From Candidatus Latescibacterota bacterium (GTDB taxonomy: Bacteria > Latescibacterota > UBA2968), in contig OZ240241.1 in NCBI GenBank assembly GCA_965198115.1, forward strand, positions 1,728,001-1,792,000: 64,000 nucleotides of DNA, read 5' to 3'. How positions within the stretch are numbered: position 1 is the first letter of the stretch; each line of letters starts with the position of its first letter. Positions 31,734-42,156 of the stretch are shown here, one piece after another. Under the pieces are notes generated by a model. It did no database searches. It was not told where the DNA came from and worked only from the letters and a program-made list of their open reading frames with translations. Made by a program: the position numbers and the translations under genes.

Positions 31734-33233
31734 TTATTCGAAGACCTCAAGCCCGCCGTCCCTGACGACCAGGATGATGGGGTCGTAGATCGCGTCGCCG
31801 TCGGCATCGAAAGAGAATGACCCTAGGACCGTGTTGAAATCCCGGATGTCGGCCATCGCCGCCCGGATCGCGCGCGCATCCGTCGATTTTCCCTTCGCGA
31901 GCGCTTCTGCCAAAACATGCACCGCGGCATACGACTGCGCCGCCCAAGGGTTCGGGTTTTGCCCGTATGTCTCCTCATACTTTTGGACAAAAGCCTGGTT
32001 CCCGGGTGTCGAGGCCGTGTGAATCCACGAAGTAAACGTGATGGCGCCTTCGGCGGCCGCACCGGCCGCTTTGACCTCGTCGATCGTCATCTCGAGGATG
32101 ATAAGGGAAGTGCCCAGGTCACGACCTTGGATCAGGATCAAGGTCATCTCCGGCGACAAGGCCGAGACGAAAACGGCATCCGGGTCGAGCGCCTCTATCC
32201 GCGTCAGTTGCGCCGAAAAATCGGTGTCGCCCGTCTCGAACGTCTCGGTCGCGACAACCTCGACGCCGTTGTCCGCGAACGCTTCCGTCAACGCCTCATA
32301 GCCGCTCTGGGAATAGAGATCGATCCGATCGTACAGCACGGCCACCCTCTGATACCCCAGCTTCTCCCGGGTCGTCGCCACGCCGACCGGCACCATCCTA
32401 TCGACGGTAAGACTCGCACGGAAGATGAAATCGCCGATCGCGCTCAACCCCGCCGCCGACGAGATCGAGCTGAACGCCACCACCTGATTATCTTGCGCGA
32501 TCGGAAATGCCTCCACCGCCGCCGTGGAGATGCCCGGACCCAAGATCACGGGCACCCTGTCTTGGTGGATCAGCTTACCGAACGTTTCCACCGCACCCGC
32601 AGCCGTGCCTCGATAGTCCTCGACGATGAACCGGATTTTGGGGGCGATGAGACCTGATCCGTTGACCTCTTCGAGCGCAAGCTCAAAACCGTCCCTCACC
32701 GACAGGCCGTACAACGCATTGGGACCGGTCAGGGACACGACGACGCCCACGGCGATCTCTTCGGGCGCTGAGGACAGAAGCGATGAACCCGTCACGCGCG
32801 CCTTCCCCCCAACGGCCAGATCGAGCAGCACCTCATACCCGCCGTTGATCGGGATGCTCGACCACCTCCCCAGCAGGTTTCCGTCCTGCCTCGCACGTGC
32901 CTGGTAGTAACCGGTCGCATTTTCACCAAGCGCCACCCGCGCCCGGCCCGCCTCATCCGTCGTGTCCGACCACGCATACTGGGCCGACCGCCCGGAGATA
33001 GATCGCGAGAACTCCACAGCCGCACCGGGCACAGGCATCCCATCTTCGCGCACCGTCACCACCACCACGGCCTGCGTCACGCCCCTGTCGACAGCCGCCT
33101 TGCTCAAGGACCGCCTAACCTGCTCGCCAGCCCCCTGACCCCCCTCTGACACCGTCACACGCTCGCTGCCACAACTCCATAACACCCCGCCGGCAAGCAC
33201 CACCACAATCACACGACGAAAACTTCTCGACAT
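31734..33233 (-). CDS. Lipoprotein: N-terminal beta-sandwich domain plus branched-chain amino acid ABC substrate-binding domain
   Basis: Lipobox LWSC; SLTGPNALYG, FIFRAS, TDFSAQL, FSFDADGD; no cognate permease or ATPase adjacent. Confidence 0.85.
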   Translation of the reverse strand: MSRSFRRVIVVVLAGGVLWSCGSERVTVSEGGQGAGEQVRRSLSKAAVDRGVTQAVVVVTVREDGMPVPGAAVEFSRSISGRSAQYAWSDTTDEAGRARVALGENATGYYQARARQDGNLLGRWSSIPINGGYEVLLDLAVGGKARVTGSSLLSSAPEEIAVGVVVSLTGPNALYGLSVRDGFELALEEVNGSGLIAPKIRFIVEDYRGTAAGAVETFGKLIHQDRVPVILGPGISTAAVEAFPIAQDNQVVAFSSISSAAGLSAIGDFIFRASLTVDRMVPVGVATTREKLGYQRVAVLYDRIDLYSQSGYEALTEAFADNGVEVVATETFETGDTDFSAQLTRIEALDPDAVFVSALSPEMTLILIQGRDLGTSLIILEMTIDEVKAAGAAAEGAITFTSWIHTASTPGNQAFVQKYEETYGQNPNPWAAQSYAAVHVLAEALAKGKSTDARAIRAAMADIRDFNTVLGSFSFDADGDAIYDPIILVVRDGGLEVFE

Positions 33234-33523
33234 AACGACCCCCTTACGTTTCCCGAGGGCGACCTGGGCCGCCAAGGGTACGGCGCCGAAACCCGCTGCC
33301 TCCACGCATCAGTCTCCCAGGTAGACAGCCTCGAGCTGCCCCACGTCTCGTCATCGCGTCCAGGCTGGACACACCCCAGAGCACAAATAGGGCCTGCCAC
33401 AGGAATTGTCAAGCTTTTGTCCGTTCTGCACGACCGAGACGCCCGCTGACAGCCTGGTTCCGTGCAGCCCACCTGAAGCGTGGGACCTTTGTGAAGAGCA
33501 ACAAATTGAGGATCGCGAAACCA

Positions 33524-33620
33524 GTCATGACCTCCGGCAAAGCCGGAGGCTTGAAAACTTGTGAACCGCTCAAAGCGGTTGGAAACCAAGCGCCACCTAA
33601 AGGTGGCGCTTACCTGAAAA
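33524..33620 (-). mobile_element. Orphan IS200/IS605-type right end (three hairpins)
   Basis: CCTCCGGC-AAA-GCCGGAGG, AACCGCT-CAA-AGCGGTT, AAGCGCCACCT-AA-AGGTGGCGCTT; no tnpA. Confidence 0.55.
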
Positions 33621-33669
33621 TGCAGTCCGCTCACGGACGCCCTGGTTGCCTGTCGCGACATCCAGATCG

Positions 33670-33869
33670 AGTACGACCTGTCCGTGCGCGGTCACGGTGG
33701 AGAGCGCCAACCTCGGCCCGAGAGACCTCCAGGTGTTTACAGCAGCAGCTCCGCCACAGGCCGACCGCGCTTCAGGATGATTACCCGCGCGGCGCGATCG
33801 AGGATAGCCAGGCATCGGGCCTGGTCTATACTCGGGCACCGCCGGCCCGTACGTCCAGGCTTCGATCGG
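33670..33869 (-). pseudogene. Fragments of antitoxin-like genes (Panacea/DUF4065, Phd/YefM, AbrB-like)
   Basis: PIEAWTYGPAVPE; ARCLAILDR...IILKRGRPVAEL; LSTVTAHGQV. Confidence 0.45.
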
Positions 33870-34081
33870 GATCCAATAGCTCCAAACTCAGAATTCTGAC
33901 CTCACAAAGCTTACTGCCAAGGACGTAACAAGCTACCTGACCCAACTCAGGAAACGTTACTCAGAATGGAGCGCGCGCTCGACCGGCGCGTGCCTCGCTC
34001 GTCAGCCGGTCCGTTCGTTCGCCGCCGCGCCGATCGTCGGCTCGCGCACGGCCGTGTGGTGTGCGTTCCTTGGCGCCGCCG

Positions 34082-35220
34082 CTACCAGGCCATCGTGGCC
34101 CGCGCGAGCGCAGCGTGATCCGTGCCGCCCTGCAGGGGGCGCTCGCGGCGCTGCGCATCGACGCCCAGCTCGAACGTCGTCCCCGCGCGGCCGAGCACGC
34201 CGAGCCCGTAGCCCAGCCGGTAGTCCCGCCCCATCTCGGACGTCCCGACGCCGATCCGCGGCGTTCCGACGAAGCGGCTCCCCACCGGCAGCCCGTAGCC
34301 CAGCTCCGCGTCGAGCCGGGTGTCGTCGGCGCCGCCGCCGTGCGCGAGCCCCGCCACCGTCTCCCGGCCCCAGAGCGCCTCGGCCCCGCTCGTCGCCTGG
34401 CCGCCCCACGACGGCACCACGCGCGCCGTCAGCCCCAGCGGCGTCGACGGCGTCGGGTTGTAGCTCAGTGACACCGCGAGGCCCCGCTCGCGAAATCCCT
34501 CGGCCTGATGCACCAGCAGCGTCCGCACCCGCACGTCCACCGCCAGCCCGGTCGCGGCGTCCGCCATCACCAGCCCGCTCCTGAGCGCCAGCCCGCCGTC
34601 TGGCGTCAGCCACAGCCCGCCGGCCCCGTAGCCGGTCACGCCCCACACGGACACCCGGTCGGTGACCTGGTAGCCGAGCCACGGGTAGAGGCCGGTCACC
34701 GACGAGGCGACCTGCCCGCCGGTGACGCCGACGTACTCGCCCAGGCCCCGGCTGTGCGACAGCGACAGGCCCGCCACCAGTGGCCCCTTGGCGTAGTCGG
34801 CCCCGACCACCGTCGTCCGCACGTCGTCGCCGAGCGACAGCGCGCCCTCGCGCCCCGCGAAGGACGACCGCGCGCCCCGGCTCCAGAACGACAGGATGCC
34901 GCCGTGCGTCTCGCGGTTCACCGCGACGGCCGAGCCGGTCAGCAGATCCCCGCCGCCGAGGCCCATCTGGAGGAGTCCGCCGCCGTTGAGCCCGCCGTCC
35001 GGCCCGGCCGCCGCGCCCAGCGGTCCGCGGGCGTCGCATCCGAGCGGATGCGCGCCGGCCGAACCACCAAGCCGGTTGAGGAAGCTCAGCGCCATCTCAC
35101 GCTCCATGCCGCGCCGCAGCTCCCGGCTCGCGCGCCGCCGCGATCCGTTCCTCGACGTGCTCGACCACGTGCACCGCCGCCGTCCGCCCGAACCGGGCCA
35201 GCAGCGCGCGCGGCAGCGGG
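34082..35220 (-). pseudogene. Autotransporter-like beta-barrel remnant, markedly GC-richer than its flanks
   Basis: ARFGRTAAVHVVEHVEERI; GADYAKG; LYPWLGY; WGVTGYGAG; terminal Trp; no passenger or signal peptide. Confidence 0.65.
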
Positions 35221-35305
35221 TCCAGGTTTCAGGCGGCTGCAGCGCGTCCTTCAACGTCCCCGTCGAGAGCGGCATCGTGCGTCTGAAGGGCGACCACAAG
35301 CTTGG

Positions 35306-36160
35306 TCATCTGGCGGTAGCCCTTGAGTCGCCGGAAGCCCTCGCCCACACGGCCGCGTGCTCACCCGACCCTTCCTTCTTCCTCCCAGCGGACCACGTGC
35401 CCCTCCCCTCACGCAGGATCTTCAGGGCCTGCACAGAGCCCGCGCCGAACAGAGACAGTTGATTCGGGTGGACGACCGCATTCACCAACTGGTGGATCGC
35501 GGCGATGTGGCCTCGGTCCACATAGGGCCCCCCCTCATCTGGCAGATGCCTCACGGCATCCATCGCGCGTTCGTCAGCAACGGGCTCGCCCACGCGTAAG
35601 CCGGCGGTGACCCGGCCATAGAAACCGACCTTCTGGAGCATCTTACAGAGCCTCATCTCCCGACGGCCGATTTCGGTCCTGATTCTTCGCCGAAGCTGGA
35701 AGCTCCCGGCCTCACGCAGGTCGGCGAAAGCCGCCACCTGGAGACGTTCAAACCGCCTCCTTATCTGGGAGAGTGCTGCCTGCGCTTGCCCAACACCCTC
35801 TGCGAGCACCTGGTAGACCGAGATCACCTCCAGGTCGTCCCTTACGACGGGCCCATCAACCCCCAACCCCCTCGCGATGCCGACCACGTCCTCTTCCCGC
35901 GCGTACAGCTCAGCGGCGACCAACCGTCTGGCCCAGTCGATCGGGTCCAGGCCCTCCACCCGCCTTTCTCGTGGCCAGGTGCCCTCTCGCTCGAAGAAGG
36001 CTTTCCTGACGCGCACAGAGTCGACACTGGGAAGGGGCAACTCGTTCGTCCGGGCAACGGTATCGATCAACAGCCGGATCGAGGCCACGTCCTTTGGGAC
36101 GGCAATCGGCAGACCCGATGTGCGTCTTCTTTTCTTTGGCTTGGCACTCGTTCTCACCAT
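35306..36160 (-). CDS. Hypothetical protein with an HTH-like segment and a QLSLF motif
   Basis: Open 284-aa frame; VVGIARGLGVDGPVVRDDL; NQLSLF. Confidence 0.5.
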   Translation of the reverse strand: MVRTSAKPKKRRRTSGLPIAVPKDVASIRLLIDTVARTNELPLPSVDSVRVRKAFFEREGTWPRERRVEGLDPIDWARRLVAAELYAREEDVVGIARGLGVDGPVVRDDLEVISVYQVLAEGVGQAQAALSQIRRRFERLQVAAFADLREAGSFQLRRRIRTEIGRREMRLCKMLQKVGFYGRVTAGLRVGEPVADERAMDAVRHLPDEGGPYVDRGHIAAIHQLVNAVVHPNQLSLFGAGSVQALKILREGRGTWSAGRKKEGSGEHAAVWARASGDSRATAR

Positions 36161-36507
36161 TCCGTTGCCCTTCCGGGCGAAGGCATGCGCGATGCGCGCA
36201 AGGTTCTTCGCGGCAGACCCCGTCTCTCCGATTCGCACCGCCAGAGCTACGAAGAAAAATAACTTTCCCCTCCACGCCGCCCAGAACAAATAACTTTGGC
36301 GACAGGCCGTTGGCGAAATATTTTTTCCACCTGGACAACACCGCTTTTTCGTGCCCGGTTTCCCACCCCAAAGAACATCACAATAAACGCCCTATACCAC
36401 TGTTTACCAATAGGTTAACCGCACAAAACAAAGAAAATAACGGTGTTTTAAAATTTCTTAAGGAGGGAAACCACCGCATCGATAAGCCGCTCCCTCGCCT
36501 CATTCTG

Positions 36508-37099
36508 GAAGCTATGATTAATAGGTGTGGAAAAAGAGAAAGGGCGACCCTACACTTCCCGTGAGATAGTCCTATTCACGAAACACCGGGTGTGAGGCCC
36601 GATTTAGGAAGGAGGATCGCCGTGAGAGAACATACGCATAAAGCCTCGATGAAGTCTATCCCGACGTGGGAGACGGTTGATGATTGGATCCGTGAAGAGA
36701 TCCAGCTCCTGTCCCAACGCTACGAGCGCGGCACGATCATGATCACCAGCAACCTGCCCTTCTCGAAGTGGGAGCAGATCTTCAAGGATCAGATGACCAC
36801 CGCAGCGGCCATCGACCGCCTCGGCCATCACTGCGTGATCCTCGAGCTCAACCTCCCCAGCTATCGGCTCGAACACTCGAAAATCGCCCGGAAGGGCAAA
36901 GTTAAGGCCGCTCAGAACCCATAATGACAACCCAGAACGCCCCACACTCACACTACGAACAACGCATCCTGCCACGATCTAAACGCATCAACTGGATGGC
37001 CCGGCCACCACCCATCACACCCGGAAAACCCACCCACCCCGCATGATCCACCGGGAATTCCAATTGTCGCTGACCGGAAAGAATGATTGACGCCGGACA
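36508..37099 (+). mobile_element. istB: Chimeric remnant: IS256 5' end fused in frame to IS21 istB 3' end and IS21 right end
   Basis: 36508-36705 resembles 39213-39406; then LLSQRYERG...ITSNLPF...AAIDRLGHH...SYR; ends ...GACGCCGGACA. Confidence 0.8.
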
Positions 37100-37460
37100 C
37101 TCTAAACCACGCACACGAGGGACGACGCACTTCCACCGTCCCGCAACTCAGAGAGAATGCGTCGAGGCTTCCCTATACCCATTCCTATAACCCAGAGATG
37201 CGTCTACACCAACCGTCCGTACGTAACGAGAACTGCTCAGAACTGCGTCACTTCCTCTTCCAGCATCGACTGAAGCAAATTCCGTATCTGCTCCTGCGCC
37301 CATTCCTCGAGCGTGGACCACGTCGGAGTAGATAAAGCAGATTCTTCAAGGCGATCCTCCTTCCCTCCGGACGGCTACCCGGATTCCGAGTTGTGGTGTT
37401 ACTTGGGAATTTTATATGGTCTCGTTCCTTCTATTTATCCACCTTATGAAGGTAGCCTCA
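37100..37460 (-). mobile_element. Degenerate IS256 5' remnant
   Basis: GGAAGGAGGATCGCC RBS; TPTWSTLEEWAQEQIRNLLQSMLEEE...GYRNGY...SCGTVEVRRP, homologous to the 39324 transposase. Confidence 0.7.
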
Positions 37461-37696
37461 GACGGAGGACATGAGCATATCAGATACACGCCGGTGTCTT
37501 CCTTGGGTATTCGGTGCGAACGACTCAAATCCAGAACGACATTCTTCCAGGACAGATCTCCGCTGACGCGTACGAGTTCATTCCACAATCTCTTTTCAGG
37601 AGACCATCCGGTTAAGGAGCGAGTACGGCCCATATCATTATTCCGTTGGAAGCTTGCTGCAGACACAAACAGACTATCAGGAGGAATGCGTGACAC
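37461..37696 (-). pseudogene. Possible GIY-YIG-like gene 5' fragment truncated by IS256
   Basis: IPKEDTGVYLIC resembles the GIY half of the motif; lies directly after the PAPS reductase gene. Confidence 0.35.
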
Positions 37697-37796
37697 ATTC
37701 CTACGTCAGCATGAGCAGTAGTGCGGTTGAAGCCGGATGCGAACGTAGCGTCCATCACTTCTCTTCTATGGCGGTCATGCGTTTGCACAGTTCTTT

Positions 37797-38600
37797 TCAT
37801 TTATGACACGCAAGGCAGACTTTGGCCTTGCCATAGAGGTCGTCAATGTCGATGGGCTCGCCGTCGGGACGGAGGGGATTCGGCTGTTGAGCGGCGCGCG
37901 TCCGCTCTAGGCGGCGAAGGTGGTCCTCCTTAATCTGCGCGACGCGCTCAGGCCTAGCGAGATCATCGAGTGCCTCGCCCTGGCTCCAGGTGAATGGCGA
38001 GCCATGATCGATCGCGCTCTTTTCGTAGCGCTTGGCTTCCTCAAAGTAGTCCGGATGCCGCTCCATTAGCCGCACCCATTCGATCTTCTGTTGGAAAAAG
38101 CAGAATGTACAACCGCTACGGGTACGCCACTCATAGTTATTCGGGGAGTCCTAGGCCGGCACCTTCCAGAATCTCCAGCACCCCGGCCTTGTCGATGCCA
38201 GCGTCCTTGAACGGCAGCTGAACGACAAGGCCCTCATGCTTGGATGCGTAGCCTTCACGGTATTCCTCATCAGCGCGGATAGCGCATAGCTGAATACTCT
38301 CATCCCGTTCTCGAGTGCCGGCTTGATCCACTGCTCGAAAGAGACGCAGTTTCAACTGCCGCGTACACCAGCGCGTCTGTGCCGATGGCAGGAAGTTGTT
38401 GTACTGTTTGAGCCAGAAGTCGAAGTCCCGATCGGGGTTCAGCCTCAGGATGGGTTTGCCCAGAAACCCTTCGAGCTTAACCAGGAACTCGTAGACCTCC
38501 GGTAGTTCCTTACCGGTATCGGTGAAGAAATAGTCGATATCAAGTTCGGGATGGTTCTGGCGCATGTGAACGGCGAGCGCCGCGCTGTCACGGCCTCCTC
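37797..38600 (-). pseudogene. PAPS-reductase-family protein (SspD/DndC-like), frameshifted, N-terminus deleted
   Basis: GGRDSAALAVHM, FTDTGKELPE, RWCTRQLK, SGCTFCFFQ, C-terminal CLACHK. Confidence 0.8.
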
Positions 38601-38990
38601 TTCAAGGTGGCCGGTGGCTCCGCAGCACGAGTGGTCTCCAAATAACGGGCGCTCAATTCGGCCAGGGGCGGCCAGAATGATGTTGCTCCTCGCTTCACCG
38701 CTTTCTCGGAGCGTTGTGTCCATGCGTTCGATCAGCGATCTCACCTCGGATCGATCTATGTCGGCAACATCGAACTCGGCATGGAGCGGCGCCGGAGGCC
38801 CTTCCATGCCGACAACCACCACCATCGCGTGTCTTTTGTCCTGGCGGCCCTTGACGCGGGCGAAGGACTCCGCACGGACAAACCGTTGAGCCATTTCGGC
38901 GAGTTCGACCGTCGCCCGGTCGATATCCGGATCGACCCAACCCCGAGGGGGTTTGTTGACGGCCATGCCCGCCAGACTCTCTCCATATCC
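38600..38990 (-). pseudogene. C-terminal remnant of an SspC-like large ATP-binding protein
   Basis: ESLAGMAVNKPPRGWVDPDIDRA...NIILAA; position immediately upstream of the PAPS reductase; family assignment from recall. Confidence 0.5.
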
Positions 38991-39212
38991 TCCGTACCAC
39001 TTGTCCGTCAGATATGCTTCGAAATCACCCGTGATGGCCACCGTCGACCTCCTTCAGGTTGCGGGGTAGAATGGATAGTCCCGTTTCCGGATCGCGAATA
39101 TAACGCCACAGGCCCAACCACGAAACTCGGCTCGGAACAGCCCAAGGAGCATTCAGCTGAGGCTTTGATGCAAAGACCTTCCTCAATATCATTGATGACT
39201 CCAGAGTGGGTC

Positions 39213-40586
39213 GAGCTATAATCAAAAGGTGTGGAAAAAGAGAAAGGGCGACCCTACCCTTCCCGTGAGATAGTTGATTCACACAAAACCGGGTGAGAGG
39301 CCCGGTTGGGAAGGAGGATCGCCGTGAAGGAACATACGCATAGAGCCCCATTGAAGTCCATGCCGACGTGGGAGACGGTTGACGATTGGATCCGTGAAGA
39401 GATCCAGGGCCGGTTCCAGTCCATTCTGGAGGAGGAGGCGACCGCGTTCTTGGGCCGGTCGTGGTATGAGCGCCGAGCCGAGGTCGATAGCTCCAGGGGC
39501 TACAGGAACGGCTACGGCAAGCCCCGGCGTCTCTCGACGAGCTGCGGAACGATCAAGGTCCGGCGTCCCCGGGTTCGTGGTCTGGAAGAGCGGTTTGAAA
39601 GCCGCATCCTCCCCCTGTTCGCCCGGAGAACCAGGGCCATTGGAGATCTGCTTCCCGACCTTTATCTCCACGGTCTCTCCCAGGGCGACTTCGAGTTGTC
39701 TTTGCGTGCGCTGCTCGGTGATGGCGCGCCGCTTTCGCCGACCTCGATCGCTCGTCTTCGAGGGAAGTGGGAGGTCGACTTCCAGGACTGGAAAGAAAGG
39801 CGTCTGGATAATCGCGAACTGGTCTACGCCTGGGCTGATGGCATCTACGTCAAAGCCGGGCTCGAGCGCGAGAAGGCGTGTCTGCTGGTCGTGATCGGCG
39901 CGATGAGCGACGGCAGCAAGGAGATCCTGGCGATAGAACCCGGTTATCGAGAGTCTACAGAATCCTGGCTCACGGTGCTCCGGGATCTCCGGGATCGCGG
40001 GCTCGAACATCCTGTCCTGATCGCCGCGGACGGGAATATGGGCATCTGGGCGGCCGTTGATCAGGTCTGGCCAGAGAGCCGGCAACAACGGTGCTGGAAC
40101 CACAAGATCCTCAACGTGCTCGACAAGGTCGCCAAGCGTGCACAGGCTGAAGCCCGCGCACTGCTCGTCCAGATCCCCTATGCCGGCACGAAAAAGGAGG
40201 CCGAGAAGCTCCGGAAACGCTTTGCCGCACGGTATCGCTCACAGTTCCCTGCCGCCGTGGAGACGCTCGAAAGAGACTGGGATCGGATGGTCACGTTCTA
40301 CGACTTCCCGAAGGAACACTGGAAACACCTGAGAACCACGAACGTCGTCGAGAGCCCCTTTGCTTCCGTTCGGCTTCGCACAAACGCCGCCAGGCGATTC
40401 AAGAAAGTCAGGAACGCCACGACTCTCATCTGGCGTACGCTCAAGGTCGCAGAGAGCCGATTCAGGAAACTCACCGCGCCACACTTGCTACAACAAGTCT
40501 ACGATCAGAAACACTCAACCGGACCGCAGGTCGAAACCGGGAAGATGGCCGCCTGATTTCTTTTACACACCTATTGACCTGAGCTC
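39213..40586 (+). mobile_element. IS256-family element A (transposase 39324-40556)
   Basis: GYRNGYG, WADG, ADG, QRCWNH, TTNVVES; IRs GAGCTATAATCAAAAGGTGTG / GAGCTCAGGTCAATAGGTGTG; 8-bp DR AGTGGGTC. Confidence 0.95.
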
Positions 40587-40589
40587 AGT

Positions 40590-41978
40590 GGGTCAAGTCC
40601 CATAGTCAGTTGAAACTCATCGGGCCCCGTAGTTTGGTCAGGCTCTCTGCCGAGGTATCTGTTCGTTGTCGAGATTCAGATCTTTGTTCAGTGCTTGCCT
40701 GAGTAGGGGAAGATGTTTGTATCCGCTCACGCGTCGCAGGCGAGGTTCGATGTCGAGGAGTGCGGCAGCCACCCATCTGTGTCTCTGGGGAGAGTTGTTC
40801 CAGCGTCTGACCTTCCGAGTGAGCTCGCCGGTCCTGCTGTTGAGGGCTTCGATGCAGTTGGTGGTTCGGAAGCTTCGTTTCAGGAATGGGAGCATACCCA
40901 GCCGGTGGAGGGTCAGGGTTTCCTCCAGGCCTTCCTCGAGGCTTGCCACGGCAGACTGATTCATCAGCTTCAGTTCGGGTTTAAGTGATTCGAGTGCGGC
41001 CTTTGCCTCCTCGTAGGTGTCGCAGTCATAGGCTTTCTGAAGCTTCCGTCGAACTCTTGGACGTTCCCTCTCCGGGAGATAGCTGACGACATTCTCGCGC
41101 TTGTGCCACTGGCAGCGATGAACGCGGACATACCCTTTGAGGGCTTTGGTGACAGCACTGCGGAGCCCCTTTGAGCCGTCAAGCACAACGAGAAGGCCCT
41201 GGTCGTAGCACAGGCCTCTCCGGATGAGGTCTTGGATCAGCTGGCGGCAGATCCGTTCGTTCTCCGTCGCCGATTCGACGAAGCCCAGGGGGATCTTCTG
41301 GCCGTCCATCGCGACCCCCAGAGCGATCACGATCTCTTCGTCGGCAAAGCTCTTTCCGTCAATGAACAGGGTCACGAAGTCGTAGTCGTCGAGGGGACGC
41401 TCCTGGAACTGCTTCAGCTTCTTCGCGGTGGCTTTGATGAACCGCCGCGAGACGGAGGACGCTGAGATACCAAACGCTTCTGGAACCGATTCGGCACAGG
41501 CCTTGTAGTTGCGGCACGAGATCCCCTTGAGAACACGAAGCAACAGCCCCTCGTCCGTCTTCTTGGGCGTCTGTAGAGGCCCGGTATGCAGCCAGGAAAA
41601 CCTCTGCGTCGGCCTCGACGTCGCGCACCCGGGGAACGTCTAACGGGAGCTTCTGGTCCATCAGATACACGGATCCCTTCTGGCTTCCCCACCGACGATG
41701 CGCCTGCTCCGAACCTTTGCGCGCATACCGAACGCCTGCGAGCTGCTCGACCTCCTGCTGGAGGAGGTCTGCCACTGCCTTCAGACCCAACGGGATCAAC
41801 GCCTGGATCACCGACAAACGCGTCTCCAAATCGATGACATCGCCCTCAACCTTGACTTCACCATCGCCTACAAATAGCTTCTCCATCTGGGCTCCTTTCT
41901 TACGGGTATACGCTCCTACACGTCTACCCAACGTAAGTTTGGAGCCCTCTAAGTTTCAACTACGATAGGCACAACACC
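40590..41978 (-). mobile_element. IS256-family element B (transposase 40638-41886, +1 frameshift near 41580)
   Basis: FIDG, VLDGSKG, HRCQWHK, TTNCIE; IRs GGGTCAAGTCCCATAGTCAGTTGAAAC / GGTGTTGTGCCTATCGTAGTTGAAAC. Confidence 0.9.
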
Positions 41979-42109
41979 ACATGCAGAAATACGTCATGGT
42001 GCTCGCCCGCGGAGGAAACTTTCTCGGCTGTAAACCCGGCGTATTCGTCACTTGCTGCACCGACGGTTTCCGCCCCGTCTTCTACAAACTCGAACGCGTC
42101 GAAGACTAG
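41979..42109 (+). pseudogene. 3' remnant of a TIGR04076-like small Cys-containing protein
   Basis: VTCCTDGFRPVFYKLERVED*; 5' part removed at the IS256 end. Confidence 0.55.
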
Positions 42110-42156
42110 CGCAATGGAGCGACAACCGCGTGCGTAGGACTGAAGCCCTACACTAA

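Noticed and set aside
39000-39204. CIKASAECSLGCSEPSFVV as a cysteine desulfurase (sspA) fragment
   Set aside because: Only weak resemblance to GSACxSxxxEPSHV; cannot be supported
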